This document shows positions 23,883 through 35,847 of a stretch of DNA of 64,000 bases, one piece after another; positions within the stretch are counted from its first letter, which is position 1, and the number at the start of each line of letters is the position of its first letter. Origin of the DNA: Thraustochytrium aureum (Eukaryota); assembly GCA_012862495.1 (NCBI GenBank), contig BLSG01000197.1:62591-126590 (forward strand), written 5' to 3'. The notes beneath the pieces were generated by a model. It was not told where the DNA came from. It ran no database searches and worked only from the letters and a program-made list of their open reading frames with translations. The position numbers and the translations under genes are program-made.

Positions 23883-24303
23883 GGCGTCCGGCGGCCTCTC
23901 CCGTCCGCGCCACCTCCCGTTCGCCCAGACCCCGCTCCCTCGCCCGCGACCTGAAGCGCAGTTCGCGCGGGGCCTGCACAGCCGACCGCGTGTCCAAACC
24001 GGTCGCTCTTCGGCTGTGCGCCGAGCGTCGCGTCACGCTGTCCTGGCTGGCGCAGCAAACGGCGCAGCACAGAGCGAAGCCCGGGTCTCGCCTGCGCGCT
24101 CAGGCCCCTCGTTCGGTGCCAGCTGGCGCCGCCGCGGCTCCTGCTCCTCCGCTCCCTCGCCCGCTCGCTCGTGGCGCGGCTCTTCGGGGTCTGCCTGCCT
24201 GGTCGCAATCGAAGCGCGTTACTCGCTCGCAAGCATTTCTGTCCGATGCGGTGCGTCCGGTGGGTTTTTCATTTGTCGCATTGGACTTGCGCGATTCCAG
24301 TCC

Positions 24304-24402
24304 ATCACCATCGACCATCGACCATCGACCATCGACCCATCGACCATCGACCCATCGACCATCGACCATCGACCCATCGACCCATCGATCCATCGATCCA
24401 TC
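24304..24402. repeat. (ATCGACC/ATCGACCC)n 7-8-bp tandem array
   Basis: About 12 mixed 7- and 8-bp units. Confidence 0.92.
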
Positions 24403-24812
24403 CAGGTGGATGGCCGACCGCATGGGCGGCCCCGCTTGCTCGGATAGGCCGGCTGCCGCTCGCGCCTGCGGGCTTTTGGATTGGTGGGTTTTGGTTTGGG
24501 GATGATGTCGTTCACGGGCGGCCGCGGAGGCGCGAGGTCATCGTCGATCGACCTTGCAACGCTTGTGCAGGGCTTCGCAGCGCTGGGCAGGAGGCAAAGG
24601 AGCAGACTCTGGCTGCGGCACGTGCTTGCGGCNNNNNNNNNNNNNNNNNNNNNNNNNNNNNNNNNNNNNNNNNNNNNNNNNNNNNNNNNNNNNNNNNNNN
24701 NNNNNNNNNNNNNNNNNNNNNNNNNNNNNNNNNNNNNNNNNNNNNNNNNNNNNNNNNNNNNNNNNNNNNNNNNNNNNNGCTCTAGAGAGGTGCGCTGCAG
24801 CGGGGCTGCCGC

Positions 24813-26950
24813 CTAGCGCGCTGCCGGCACGTACAGCGAGCGACCCGCGCTCGTCGCTGATTTGTACACGGTGGAAAGGATGACATGCATGTGCTCGTCC
24901 ACCTTGGCCGCAACAAGCGCTTGGTCCGGGCCCAATGACTCGTCCGGCGCGCCAGGACTCGCAGCGGTATTGCCCGCGTCCTCCAACCCGGCGCGCACTG
25001 GGCAGTCACTACGCCGCAAATACCCATTGAAGCGGGGCTCTGCCACCGCACCTTTCGAAAGAAATGCAGCCTCCGTTTTAGCCGATCTCGGCCGTAGATG
25101 CCGAGTCCGGGGCGGCTCGCCAGTGCGAAACGATTCAACTCTGGCGCTTTGCGGTCGCACCGCCGTTCGGAAACCTGGCCTGGCAGCAGCGCCGCGTGCG
25201 CTCCTTGCAATATTCGCGATCGAGCGCTCGGCTGCCTGATGTATCCAGTCTACCGTTCCACACTGTGCATATATGCCACCCACGTCAAAGGTACTTTCTC
25301 GCTCGCCGAGCTCCGTGTGGAGGCGAGCGTCCTCCTCGGCGAGGAAGCCGGGCCGGAGTTGCCAGGGCGGCTTGGATTCTGTTTTGCTTCCAGCGCCACC
25401 AGCCCCGACGACCGACACCATCGAGGCTTTTCGGTCGGCGCAGTAGGCGAGTGGTCGGCTGCTGACGCCGTTGAGGTGCGCCGCATTGTGCTGTGGGCTC
25501 CCCTTGGTCGGCCGCTCTGCGGGCGGTTCCGCGACCTCTGCGCGGTTGGGTCAGCGAGCGACGGATGGCGGGCCTTGATTTTCTCAGGAATGACCGCAGT
25601 CATGCGAACCGACCGCGTGGAGCGCCGGAGGAAGGCCTGCTTGTCTTCGCTTCCTGCGTTTGACCTTGGATGGGCGGCGCTTGAAATGCTCAAGTGCCGT
25701 TCAGCCTCCTTCTCGGCCTTGCGGAGGGCCATCTTGGCCCGCTGGACTGCCTCTTGCAGCGTAGCTATCTGTGCCTGCTTTGCACTTGGCAGTCCGCGGC
25801 AAGGTCTGTAGGCGGCGGGCCGAGCCGCGTCGCGCGTAGCTGTGGCGCCATTGGTGACTCCAGCGGCGGCGTTTTGCCACGCCGCTGCGGTTCGCGACGC
25901 CGCGGGCTTTGCTTCCCCAAGCAAAGCCTGCGCTTTCGCTTCTAGAAGTTCCGCAATGTTTCGCTTGCGCTGGACGATCCGTTTGATTGTCCAGCCGCTC
26001 CATGTTTGCTTGCCGATCCCAGCGCAGCCCCCGGTTCGACCTGCGGTGCGGCCAACCACGCGATCGAGCCTTGCCTCGAGGCGAAGGCGCATAGCGCGAC
26101 TTGCCTCGCTTTGCTCCTGCCCCCCCTGTTGAGCTGTCTGCTGCGAGTCGGGGCTCGCTGGACTGGATGGACTGGTCGGCTCGCCCGAGCCGCGCTTGGA
26201 GGCGGCCCCTTCGAGGTGATCGGCCTCGGACGCAGGCTTTGGGAGCTTGTTCCGTCGCAGCTGCCGCGCTACTGTCCGTACAACTTCGCTCGGGTCGCAT
26301 GCTGGCGGGGCCTCGAACGTGACCATGTTGCTCCGATTCTGGTGTATGCTGTAGTTGACATTTGCTCGCTTGAACTCGCGCATTGTCGCAAGCACGTCTG
26401 CTTCGAGCGCGGACCGGAGAGCCTCCTCGCTGACTGCGCCCGAGAAGGGGCGAACAAGATGCCTTACGCTAAACTGCATGTCCGCAAACTGCGTGCGGAT
26501 GGGCTCGCGACTCGCTGACCGGTCACCCGGGGCGCGAGCGCGGCCTCCAGGTTCTGCTCGGTTGGCGGGTTTGCGTCTAACGCTCACGCCCTTGCTGTTA
26601 GTTTCGTCCTCGCTGCGCTCATCCGTGGTCGCCCTCTCTTGCGTGCTACGGCCTTGGGTGTCCTCTTCCTCGTCGATGGCGCGCTGGCGCTGGCGCTCTT
26701 CGTCACGGACCCGTTTCAGGGCTTGCTGCGTCGGCGCGCCGTGGTACGTCGAAGCGCGGAATGTCGCCAAGAGCTCGGCCACGTGCGTCTTTCGCTCCCC
26801 TTTGATTGAGTTGAGCAGGACGCGCTGCGTGGTCGTCATGTCGGCCTCGGCCGCCCTTGTACTCGGTGCAAACAGCGCTGCATTTGGTTTGCCGGCGGCA
26901 GGGCGCTCGCTATTGTTGCCAGGGCCCCGTGCCGCACCAGAGTTCGCCAT
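24813..26950 (-). CDS. Hypothetical basic, low-complexity/coiled-coil protein
   Basis: Long open frame 25250..27229 with a plausible ATG at 26950 (MANSGAARG). It may continue by frameshift into the 24813..25421 frame. No recognised domain. Confidence 0.5.
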
Positions 26951-27369
26951 GCCCACAGCCGGGCGACCTAGTGGTCGGGCCTTCCAGGCGTATGCCACCT
27001 TGCGAAGCTCCTTCGCATGCTCAGCGCGACTGAGCTCTTGCAATTGGCAAGCAAACGTTCGTTTCATCCAACAGAGATCCGTTGGAAGAGCAAACCGTCC
27101 GCAAGCACAAGAGACATGCGACCGCCGCCACTGCAGCGTATGCACGACGAAACCGAGGAAGCCATTCACGAGTATGCGGAGATCCTGGGCGCCTTCGGCG
27201 CCAACGAGGCGGAGCGCGGTCGATGACAAATGCTTCCTTGGACGTGAGTGATCGGCCTGTGACGGTCCTTTTATTTATTCATCTTGGCAGAGCGTGAGGC
27301 ACGAAGCGCGGCATCCCTGCGTGCTGCAGAGGCCCAGGCCTTTTGCAGGAACTGGACTCGCAAGCAAAA

Positions 27370-27480
27370 GTCTGAAGATGGCGAAGGGCCTGGCGAATGG
27401 CCTGGCGAATGGCGGCCTTCGCGACCCGGCCTTGTTGACGATGACCTGGGACGACCTGGGGGACCGAAAGAGTTGCACCA
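27370..27480 (-). repeat. Copy of a short dispersed repeat also present at ~57927-58012 and ~58401-58430
   Basis: The reverse complement shares cgccaggc..cgccatcttcagac, gtcgc(g/a)aag and tggtgc..ctttcg(g/a)tcc with the 58-kb copies. Confidence 0.6.
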
Positions 27481-27787
27481 TGCAACACTTGACGAAACAG
27501 ACGAAGCGAACGAAGCCTGCGAGCCCCAGCAACCGGCTGCCTGGGCCACGAAGGGTAGCAAGGTCTTTTGCCGGAGGGCGACGCGTACGCTGAGTGCTTG
27601 TTGCTTTCTGACAGCTTCGCGACTCGCCGCGGCGCGCCCAACCTGGCCCGCAGGGCGAAGGTTGGCAGGGACGGGATCCTGCGCGCGGGCTCCACCGACC
27701 AGTTTGTTCCATTCCACTCCCTTTCTTTTATTATCAAACAGAGCAAGCGCAGAAGCACGTTTCGCGCCAAGTGTCAGGCAGAGCGAG

Positions 27788-28998
27788 CTACAAAGCGGAA
27801 CCCCGCTCAAGCGAGACTTCGCTGGCTCGCGCGCCAAACTGCGAAGGAACTGGGTAGTTGGAGAGCATGCTGAGCTTGGCGGCGGCGGAGGAGGGCAGTT
27901 CGCTTGACGCAAATTCCATTTCGCTGCGCGGCGTCGAATCGACAGCGAAAATGGCAATCTTGCTCCCGACCACGGCGTAGCCGATCCAGCCAAGAGGCAT
28001 AAGGTAGTCATGCATCCCAAACAGCTGCGGGAGAATCGCAAAGCAGACGTAGATCGGGGCCTGGAAAATGCACTGCAGGAGAGATTCCCTCCGGACCTTG
28101 AGCAGGTTGGTCTTCATCTCGCGCAGCGCGCTCGATTCGTTGAACCGAATCGCCCCGTCCAGCACCGCGAACACCGCACGATAGATCCAAACAACGAGAA
28201 AGGCAAGCAGCAAGAGCTGCAATGATGTGAGGCCCATGAGCGTGTACCAAACCCCAAAGTTGATCGGTCCGAGCGGATCGTCGGAGAGAAAGCACAGGAG
28301 GGGTAAAACCCAGAGGAAGCAGCGACCAGCGTAACGACCTGGTTGAAGCGGTGCGTGAAGAGGACGACAAACCGCGTCCGCGGCTCACCGCGCAGAATGT
28401 TGTCCAGGAGTGCTGGGTGGTAGTAGTGCATCGACGTGTAGAGGCCCACTTTGGCCACCGTGAACAGGAGCGTGATCGGCACATCAAATCCAACGCGCTG
28501 ACTTGGGTCCACTTGTTTGAGGATGCCGATCGCGAGGACCGCTGGGTAGCACACGCCCGCATACAGCGAGTTGGCGAGGATGCCCTTGTTCTTCGCAAGG
28601 CTGTGCGAGATGCCGAGCTTGGCCTTGCGCCGCCGCGTAGCGACGTGAGCAGCATACATGCGCCTGTGCTTGGGAATCGTTAAGATGAAGAGGCCGGAAG
28701 AAATCACGATGTTGAAAATCCATAGGTAGCCAACCACGTTCTCGTTGATGTGGCAGTCCACGCCATCAAAGCTGAGCACGTCGCTGCGGCCAGACCACCC
28801 AGGGTCACAAACGCATTTTGACGCCTCGCAACGCCCGTGTCCACTGCAGGCGCCGCGCGTGTTGGTCCAGGGTTCCGAGCCGAAGACCGTTGGGCCCACG
28901 TCGATCGTCTCGCAGCCGCGCCCTTGCGCCGTGGCGACGGGCGCCATTACGAGCACAGCGAGCACCGCCGCTGCGGCGGCTGCCGCCTTGCGCGGCAT
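27788..28998 (-). CDS. Signal peptide + EGF-like domain + 7-TM (GPCR-like) receptor; 1-nt insertion at ~28306
   Basis: MPRKAAAAAAAVLAVLVMAPVATA is a signal-like sequence and CSGHGRCEASKCVCDPGWSG is EGF-like. Removing one base in a T4 run joins ORFs 28114..28998 and 27788..28237, giving seven hydrophobic segments. Confidence 0.75.
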
Positions 28999-29575
28999 CC
29001 CGCTCCCGCGCCCCCCTGCGACTCAGGTCTCTCTCTCCTGGCTCGCCAGGCGGGCCCCACTCCGCGCCTTCCTGCCGCGCGCGGCGATCTCCGATCGACA
29101 GTCCAGTCGCAGCCTCGGCTGCCTTCGTGTCCCGCGGTCGACGGGTCCACAAATTGCACGTCCACTCGGTGCGCGCCGCGACCACGGCGTTCCTTCGCCT
29201 GCCCGCTCAACGGCCTGCTGCCCTGCTGCCAGCCTGCTTGCCTACCGCGTGGTCCGTGAAGCCCAGCGCGCTCTTGCTCGACGCAGACGGTGTCGCTCGA
29301 GCTCGGCAGGCCGCGAGCTGCGCGCACTCCTTTCGCGTCGCACTCGCGCGTTCGCAGCTCCTTAGAGTACTGTCCCGCTCGGCCAGCTCGCTCCACCCTC
29401 TTCCACAGACGCTCCACAAACGCTGCCGGTACCGAGACGCAGCGAGGGCGACCTGCGCAGATCACGGGCGTCGCGCAGGTGATCGCATGCTGCACACTCT
29501 GGCATCGCCCTGTATTTATGGCGATGAGGTTACTTCCCATCATGATTGTCCGTCGATCTGGAGCGAGCGGGCTAC

Positions 29576-29614
29576 GATCGATGAGATGATCGATCGATCG
29601 ATCGATCGATGATC
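29576..29614. repeat. (GATC)n microsatellite
   Basis: gatcgatgagatgatcgatcgatcgatcgatcgatgatc read directly. Confidence 0.9.
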
Positions 29615-30927
29615 GCAGCTCGCCGCGGGCCTGGCAGACTGCCGGCTTGCTCGCATGGAGGAAGGCGCTGGAGGCGATACCGCCGCCGTACTTCATGGCG
29701 GTTGCGGCCAGCCCCGCCTGCCCGCGCAAGAAAAACAACTCGCCGGTCGGCGTTGTGTACTCGCACGTACTGCGACGGGTGGTGAGTACTTCACGCGTTA
29801 TCGGCCGCTCTCTTGATGGAGAGAAAAGTTGTGGTTGGATTGCANNNNNNNNNNNNNNNNNNNNNNNNNNNNNNNNNNNNNNNNNNNNNNNNNNNNNNNN
29901 NNNNNNNNNNNNNNNNNNNNNNNNNNNNNNNNNNNNNNNNNNNNNNNNNNNNNNNNNNNNNNNNNNNNNNNNNNNNNNNNNNNNNNNNNNNNNNNNNNNN
30001 NNNNNNNNNNNNNNNNNNNNNNNNNNNNNNNNNNNNNNNNNNNNNNNNNNNNNNNNNNNNNNNNNNNNNNNNNNNNNNNNNNNNNNNNNNNNNNNNNNNN
30101 NNNNNNNNNNNNNNNNNNNNNNNNNNNNNNNNNNNNNNNNNNNNNNNNNNNNNNNNNNNNNNNNNNNNNNNNNNNNNNNNNNNNNNNNNNNNNNNNNNNN
30201 NNNNNNNNNNNNNNNNNNNNNNNNNNNNNNNNNNNNNNNNNNNNNNNNNNNNNNNNNNNNNNNNNNNNNNNNNNNNNNNNNNNNNNNNNNNNNNNNNNNN
30301 NNNNNNNNNNNNNNNNNNNNNNNNNNNNNNNNNNNNNNNNNNNNNNNNNNNNNNNNNNNNNNNNNNNNNNNNNNNNNNNNNNNNNNNNNNNNNNNNNNNN
30401 NNNNNNNNNNNNNNNNNNNNNNNNNNNNNNNNNNNNNNNNNNNNNNNNNNNNNNNNNNNNNNNNNNNNNNNNNNNNNNNNNNNNNNNNNNNNNNNNNNNN
30501 NNNNNNNNNNNNAAAGCGCGTAGTCCTCCCCTGCTTTGAGGCAGCACTTGCAGGTCCCCGCCGGCCCTGTGCTGCCCTCGCGCACGACTCGGCCGGCCCG
30601 TGACGGCAGAGCAGGATGGCCACGAGGCTTCCCGGTGATGATCGGCAAGGGCGTCTGAAGGGTCCAACTCCAACGCGAGAACAGTGTCAAAGCTCGGAAG
30701 ACGCACCCGAAGCAGACTGCGACCAAGGCGTCTGCCGGAGTGCACGGGGCAGAGCAGCGCCAGGATACTCTCTCGAGCTTCCGGAGGAAGGGAACCAGGC
30801 ACGCAGAGAGGCGGGCGAGCGAGCTAGTTCATTCGCTGGCTGGCGGGCCGGCTGGCGTGCGCGAGGTGCTCGATTCCAGCCGGAAGCTCGATTGTGGCTT
30901 CCGTGCGTGCCGAGTCGGACCTCCGAG

Positions 30928-32065
30928 ATGGCGGCGCAGGCAGACGCGGCAGCGCTGCAGGAGCAGGAGAAAGAGCTCGATGCGTTCTTTCAAGCTGCTG
31001 CAGCGCTCCGCGCGGCTGGGCAAGATCCTGCAGAGGAGCAGGAACTCGCGAGGGAGCGGACTGCGGTGGAAGAGTTTGCCTCCAAGTACGCCGCGAGCGC
31101 GCTTGGCGAAGAAGCTGTGCCGATTGTGTGCCTGACGTCCGGGGGGACGACGATACCGCTGGAGCACAATACAGTCCGGTTCATCGACAACTTTAGCACG
31201 GGGAAGCGCGGCGCAGCGATGGCCGAACACTTCCTCGAGGCTGGCTATGCGGTCGTGATGCTTCAGCGCGAAGGGTCCGCCTCGCCATACGCGCGAACGG
31301 TACAAGAAATGATCTCGGGCACCTTTGACTCGGCGTTCATGGAGGCGTGCAGCGCGCAGACCCAAGGCTCGGCCCAAGGGGGCGTATGTAAGTTGAAAAT
31401 TGTGCCGTACTGCGCAGATCCTTGTGCATTGTGCATTGCTGACGTATTCGCGGTGGCGGGCCGATCAGGCCTGAACGCGAGGTCGCCCGGCGGCACTGCG
31501 GCCATGGCGCGAGCTGTTGAGGGGTACGCTCGCAACAAGGAACGGCTCTTGCAAATCAAGTTCACCACTTTGAGTGACTATCTTCACAAACCAAGGTTTG
31601 CGCCGAGGCGCTTGCCCGTGTCGGCAAGCAGGCGGCGTTTGTGCTTGCCGCCGCCGTGAGCGACTTTTACATCCCGCCGCAAGACATGGCGCAGCACAAG
31701 ATCCAGTCTCGCGACGGCCCGCTCAGCCTTGAGCTCGCGCAGGTCCCGAAAGCGCTTGGCATTCTCCGCCACCGCTGGGCCCCGGAGGCGTTGTTTGTAT
31801 CGTTCAAACTCGAGACCGACCATGAGATCCTCATCAAGAAAGCCAAGATGTCCATCGACAAGTACCAGATGCACCTCGTCGTGGCCAACGAGCTCAAGAC
31901 GCGCTACGACAAGGTGTTTCTTGTCTTGGCCGACTCTGAGCGCGTCATCGCTCGCGACGGCGACACCGAGCTCGAAGCCCCCCTGGTAGCTGCGCTCCGA
32001 GACCCCACGCCAGGCACCGTTCCGCGGCCCCAAAGCCCGAGGGCGAGCCAGCAGCCCAGCCGTAG
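30928..32065 (+). CDS. PPCS: Phosphopantothenate--cysteine ligase (CoaB/PPCS); probable in-frame intron 31388-31468, indels at ~31600 and ~32005
   Basis: [38 protein letters not shown]...[13 protein letters not shown] and VVANEL are the PPCS motifs. The end coordinate assumes a second indel. Confidence 0.92.
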
Positions 32066-32800
32066 CTTTGCCGCGCAGGGTCGCGGCCCCAAGATTGCGC
32101 TGCCAGTCAGCCTCGCGAGAGGCAGGCTCTTGGCGGGCAGGCGGCAGTCTCTTCTCTGGAGTGACTTGACTAGCAGGCCGACAACCACTCGCAGTGCCTT
32201 GCCAATCCAAAAGACATGGCAGCATTGCCCGCCCTTTTCCGACCGAATGCACCTCCGGCCACCGCAGCGCGCGCCATCCGTAAGACTCGCCAGCCGCCGA
32301 GACGGCGTCGACGCCTCGCCACGCCGTAGCTTCTCTGCGAGAGGACTTGGGTCTCACCGCCGACCTTGAGGTTGCAGAAACAAGAAAAGGAACGTCCCGA
32401 GTCGCCAGCGAGGTGATCGCACGCCTTCCGTCAAGGCGCGAGCAGCAAACTTGACGCGTGATACGCATGGTGGTACACTGCCGAGTCGCAGGCCTGCGCA
32501 GCGCATAGCCAACGGGAATTGCCCACAACTCGCAGACTCCACGTCAGAAAAAGGAAGAAATGAAAGGTCCGTTAGGGTCCTGAAAGATGCTCCGTCGCTT
32601 GCCAATGGCGGCCAGCAGGACTCGAGCTGCAGACGCTCGACTGCGCGAGCTGCCGCATCAGCAACGGCGAAAGGCCAACCGAGATGAAGGCCAATCTGAC
32701 GCTGAGGCAGGCGGAGCGCCATGCTCGCGATCGTGAAGGCCCTGCCCTTCCCGGAGGCCGGAGACTTGTCGACGTTGCGCCCGTCAAACTCTGCGCGACG

Positions 32801-34614
32801 ATGACGACGAGGCAAGTCGAGGCGGCCGAGGCGTTGGCCAAGCGACGAGACAAAGACAAGAGGAGGATGAGAAAAGAGTCCAAGACCACCGCGGCGGCGA
32901 GAGGGCCCGCGGCGAGCGAGCCAAAGGTCAAGGTGGCCTCGTTCAACGTCTTGGCACAGTCCAAGTTGAAAGGGCCTCAATACGCGTACTGCACCGGGCA
33001 ACAGGTGAACTGGCAAAAGCGCAAGCACGTTCTCCTGGACCAAGTGCTCGCTCTGGAGGCGGATATTGTTTGCTTGCAGGAAGTAGACCACTACGACGAC
33101 TGGTGGCGGCCGCAGCTGAGTGAGGCCGGGTTCGACTCGGTGTACATGAAAAGGGCCCGCAGGCACCGCGACGGCGTGGCCACATTCTTCTCCAGGGAAA
33201 AGTTCCAGCTCTTTTCTACAGAACGCGTCGATTTCAACGGAGTGGGGGCGTTCTTGGGCGAAGACAAGCCGAACAGCCGCCTCCAGCAAGACAACTGCGC
33301 CATTGTCGTTGCTCTGCAGCCTTGGGAAGCCTCGGACCACCCAACCGCGCTGTGCGTGGCCAACGCACAACTTGTAGCCCCAAAGACCCCTGACTTGGAG
33401 CCCGTCCAGCGCAAGCAGCTGCTCATGCTCTTGCGCACCGTCGAGCGGTTCAACGCCGACTTCCAGCTACCTGTCCTGCTATGCGGCTCGTTCAATACGC
33501 TGCCACAGGACGACCTGTACTATGTGATCACGCGCGGCAGCCTCCCACCCAAGCTCCAGGCCCCAAGCGCGCCGCCAGACCGGCCAGAAGCAACGGTGAT
33601 CGGGCACGCCCAGGTCCAGGTGGCCTGGAACTCGCCGGAGAGTTGCGGCGACGCCCCAGTGCAGGGGTTCATTATCCGGCGGCGCGTCGGCGGCAGCGCC
33701 GCAGTAGGCTTTGTTGAGCCGCAGTATTTCCCTGGGGGCGATCTCCAAGCGGCAGTGATTTGTGGGCTTGCGGCAGGGCTCACGTATGAGTTTATAGTCG
33801 CGGGGGTCTCGGCCGTCGGCGTCGGCGCCTTTACGCAGCCGTCTGCGCCAGTACGAACGACGAAGATCCTCGCCAACCCGCCAGTGTCGCGGTTCCTGCA
33901 TCATCCCGAGGCGCCGGGGAATATCGCGACGGACCAGGCCATCGTGACGCTCGACGACTGGTTAGCCAAGTCCTCGTCCAACTCGCATTTCAAGGCGCAC
34001 GTCCTCGAGCGCGACCGCGTCCAGGCGCCCGCGTTCGAGGACGCTTCGCTGAATCTGGGAGTGAACCCGATACGCTCGCGCGTTGGTGCAAGGAGGCCTG
34101 CCAACCTTGTCCACACCCTTGGCCTCGCATCAGCTTACGGCGGCTACCGCGACGGCGCAGAACCTAGCGCGACGCTCAACTCGGAACGCTTTCGAGGTTG
34201 CGTCGACTACATTTTTTACTCGGCCGAGCTCCTCGCGCCGCGCAGAATCCTCGAGCTCCCGCGCGAGTGCGGGTGGGGCCCAGCCTGGAGACTGCACCGG
34301 AGGGGCCGACGAGGCCAAAGCTACCTCTGCAAGCCAACGTCGACCCGCGCAGGGCGGCGAGCTGCGCGGACGCGCTAGACCTTGAGCCAAGGCGGTGGGA
34401 CAGCGCTCCGACCGTTTCGGTGAACGATTTGGAGGCTGGGACAGCGGTCGCTGCTCCAAACCCCATGTACATGGGCGAGTGGAGACCTGCGAGAGTGCCG
34501 AACGGGCAGGTCGCACACTCGTGGTTTCCGAACAACGACACCCCCTCGGACCACGCGCCGCTTTTGGCTGTGTTTGAATTCGACAGGGACCACTTGGCCG
34601 CCGAGTGGAACTGA
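32801..34614 (+). CDS. CCR4/nocturnin/Angel-like EEP-family protein with an internal fibronectin type III domain; frame change near 34260-34380
   Basis: SFNVLAQ, DIVCLQEVD, DGVATF, VDYIFY and a terminal PSDHAPLLAVF (in the second frame). The FN3 reads VAWNSPESCGDAPVQGFII...GLAAGLTYEFIVAGVSAVGVG. An upstream in-frame ATG exists at 32684. Confidence 0.85.
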
Positions 34615-35219
34615 AGGCGGCAAACAGAAGCGAGGAGCGCGCCGGCACCGGAGTGCATCAATCCTAGGCCTTGAACTTATTACTAACGTAACTCTCAANN
34701 NNNNNNNNNNNNNNNNNNNNNNNNNNNNNNNNNNNNNNNNNNNNNNNNNNNNNNNNNNNNNNNNNNNNNNNNNNNNNNNNNNNNNNNNNNNNNNNNNNNN
34801 NNNNNNNNNNNNNNNNNNNNNNNNNNNNNNNNNNNNNNNNNNNNNNNNNNNNNNNNNNNNNNNNNNNNNNNNNNNNNNNNNNNNNNNNNNNNNNNNNNNN
34901 NNNNNNNNNNNNNNNNNNNNNNNNNNNNNNNNNNNNNNNNNNNNNNNNNNNNNNNNNNNNNNNNNNNNNNNNNNNNNNNNNNNNNNNNNNNNNNNNNNNN
35001 NNNNNNNNNNNNNNNNNNNNNNNNNNNNNNNNNNNNNNNNNNNNNNNNNNNNNNNNNNNNNNNNNNNNNNNNNNNNNNNNNNNNNNNNNNNNNNNNNNNN
35101 NNNNNNNNNNNNNNNNNNNNNNNNNNNNNNNNNNNNNNNNNNNNNNNNNNNNNNNNNNNNNNNNNNNNNNNNNNNNNNNNNNNNNNNNNNNNNNNNNNNN
35201 NNNNNNNNNNNNNNNNNNN

Positions 35220-35847
35220 CCAGCATCGCCGCCAGTGCCGCCGCCAGTATCACCGCCAGTGCCGCCGCCAGTATCTCCGCCTGTGCCGCCACCAGTTCCA
35301 CCGCCAGCCGGGGGGCGGCATTCTGAAGAAAGTTGATCGGAGCAGTGCCCCAGTCGCCGCCATTGGTAGTGTGGGTGCCGTAGTTGGTCCCTGTGCCGTC
35401 CGCCGGGGCGAACGCGTAGCTGATGAATTGGTTGTCGGCGATCGTGATGTCCGTGTTTCCGGCGCCTGCCAGGGCGCGCCGCCAAACAAAGGTTGTTACG
35501 CCTGCGGTCTCACTGAAGGCAAGAACTGTGATTCCGTTGGTGGCGTCAGCTCCGTGGCGGCGGGTTTGCCTCGTCCCAAAAGCTCCGAAGGCGGTCGGTT
35601 GACCATTTGCAACCCAAGCCACGACGCTGTCCACGTCGCGGTGTCCGGTGTTGGTCGTCGCCCATCCCATGGAGATGTACCCGGTGGTCCTTGCCGACAT
35701 CTTGACCTCGATTTCAGTGCCGATCACTGACCACTCTGCGGTGAAGTCTCGCTGCGTGAATTTGCGCTGGTACGTGGCTAGCTGGGCATCGGCGCTTGAA
35801 GCGAGCGTGGCGCCGGCCACGAGCGCAGCAAAGAAGGTAGCCCTCAT
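35220..35847 (-). CDS. Secreted/membrane DOMON-domain protein followed by a Gly/Thr-rich linker; 3' end in the gap
   Basis: Signal peptide MRATFFAALVAGATLASSADA and DOMON-like GYISMGW...D.VVAW...TTFVWRRAL...YAF...H. After a 1-nt shift in a homopolymer at ~35312 it reads GGGTGGGTGGDTGGGTGGDT. Confidence 0.8.

Noticed and set aside
28947..30802. Long ORFs spanning the 29845-30512 gap
   Set aside because: Their length is inflated by Ns and the flanks show no recognisable protein. A small gene hidden in the gap cannot be excluded.
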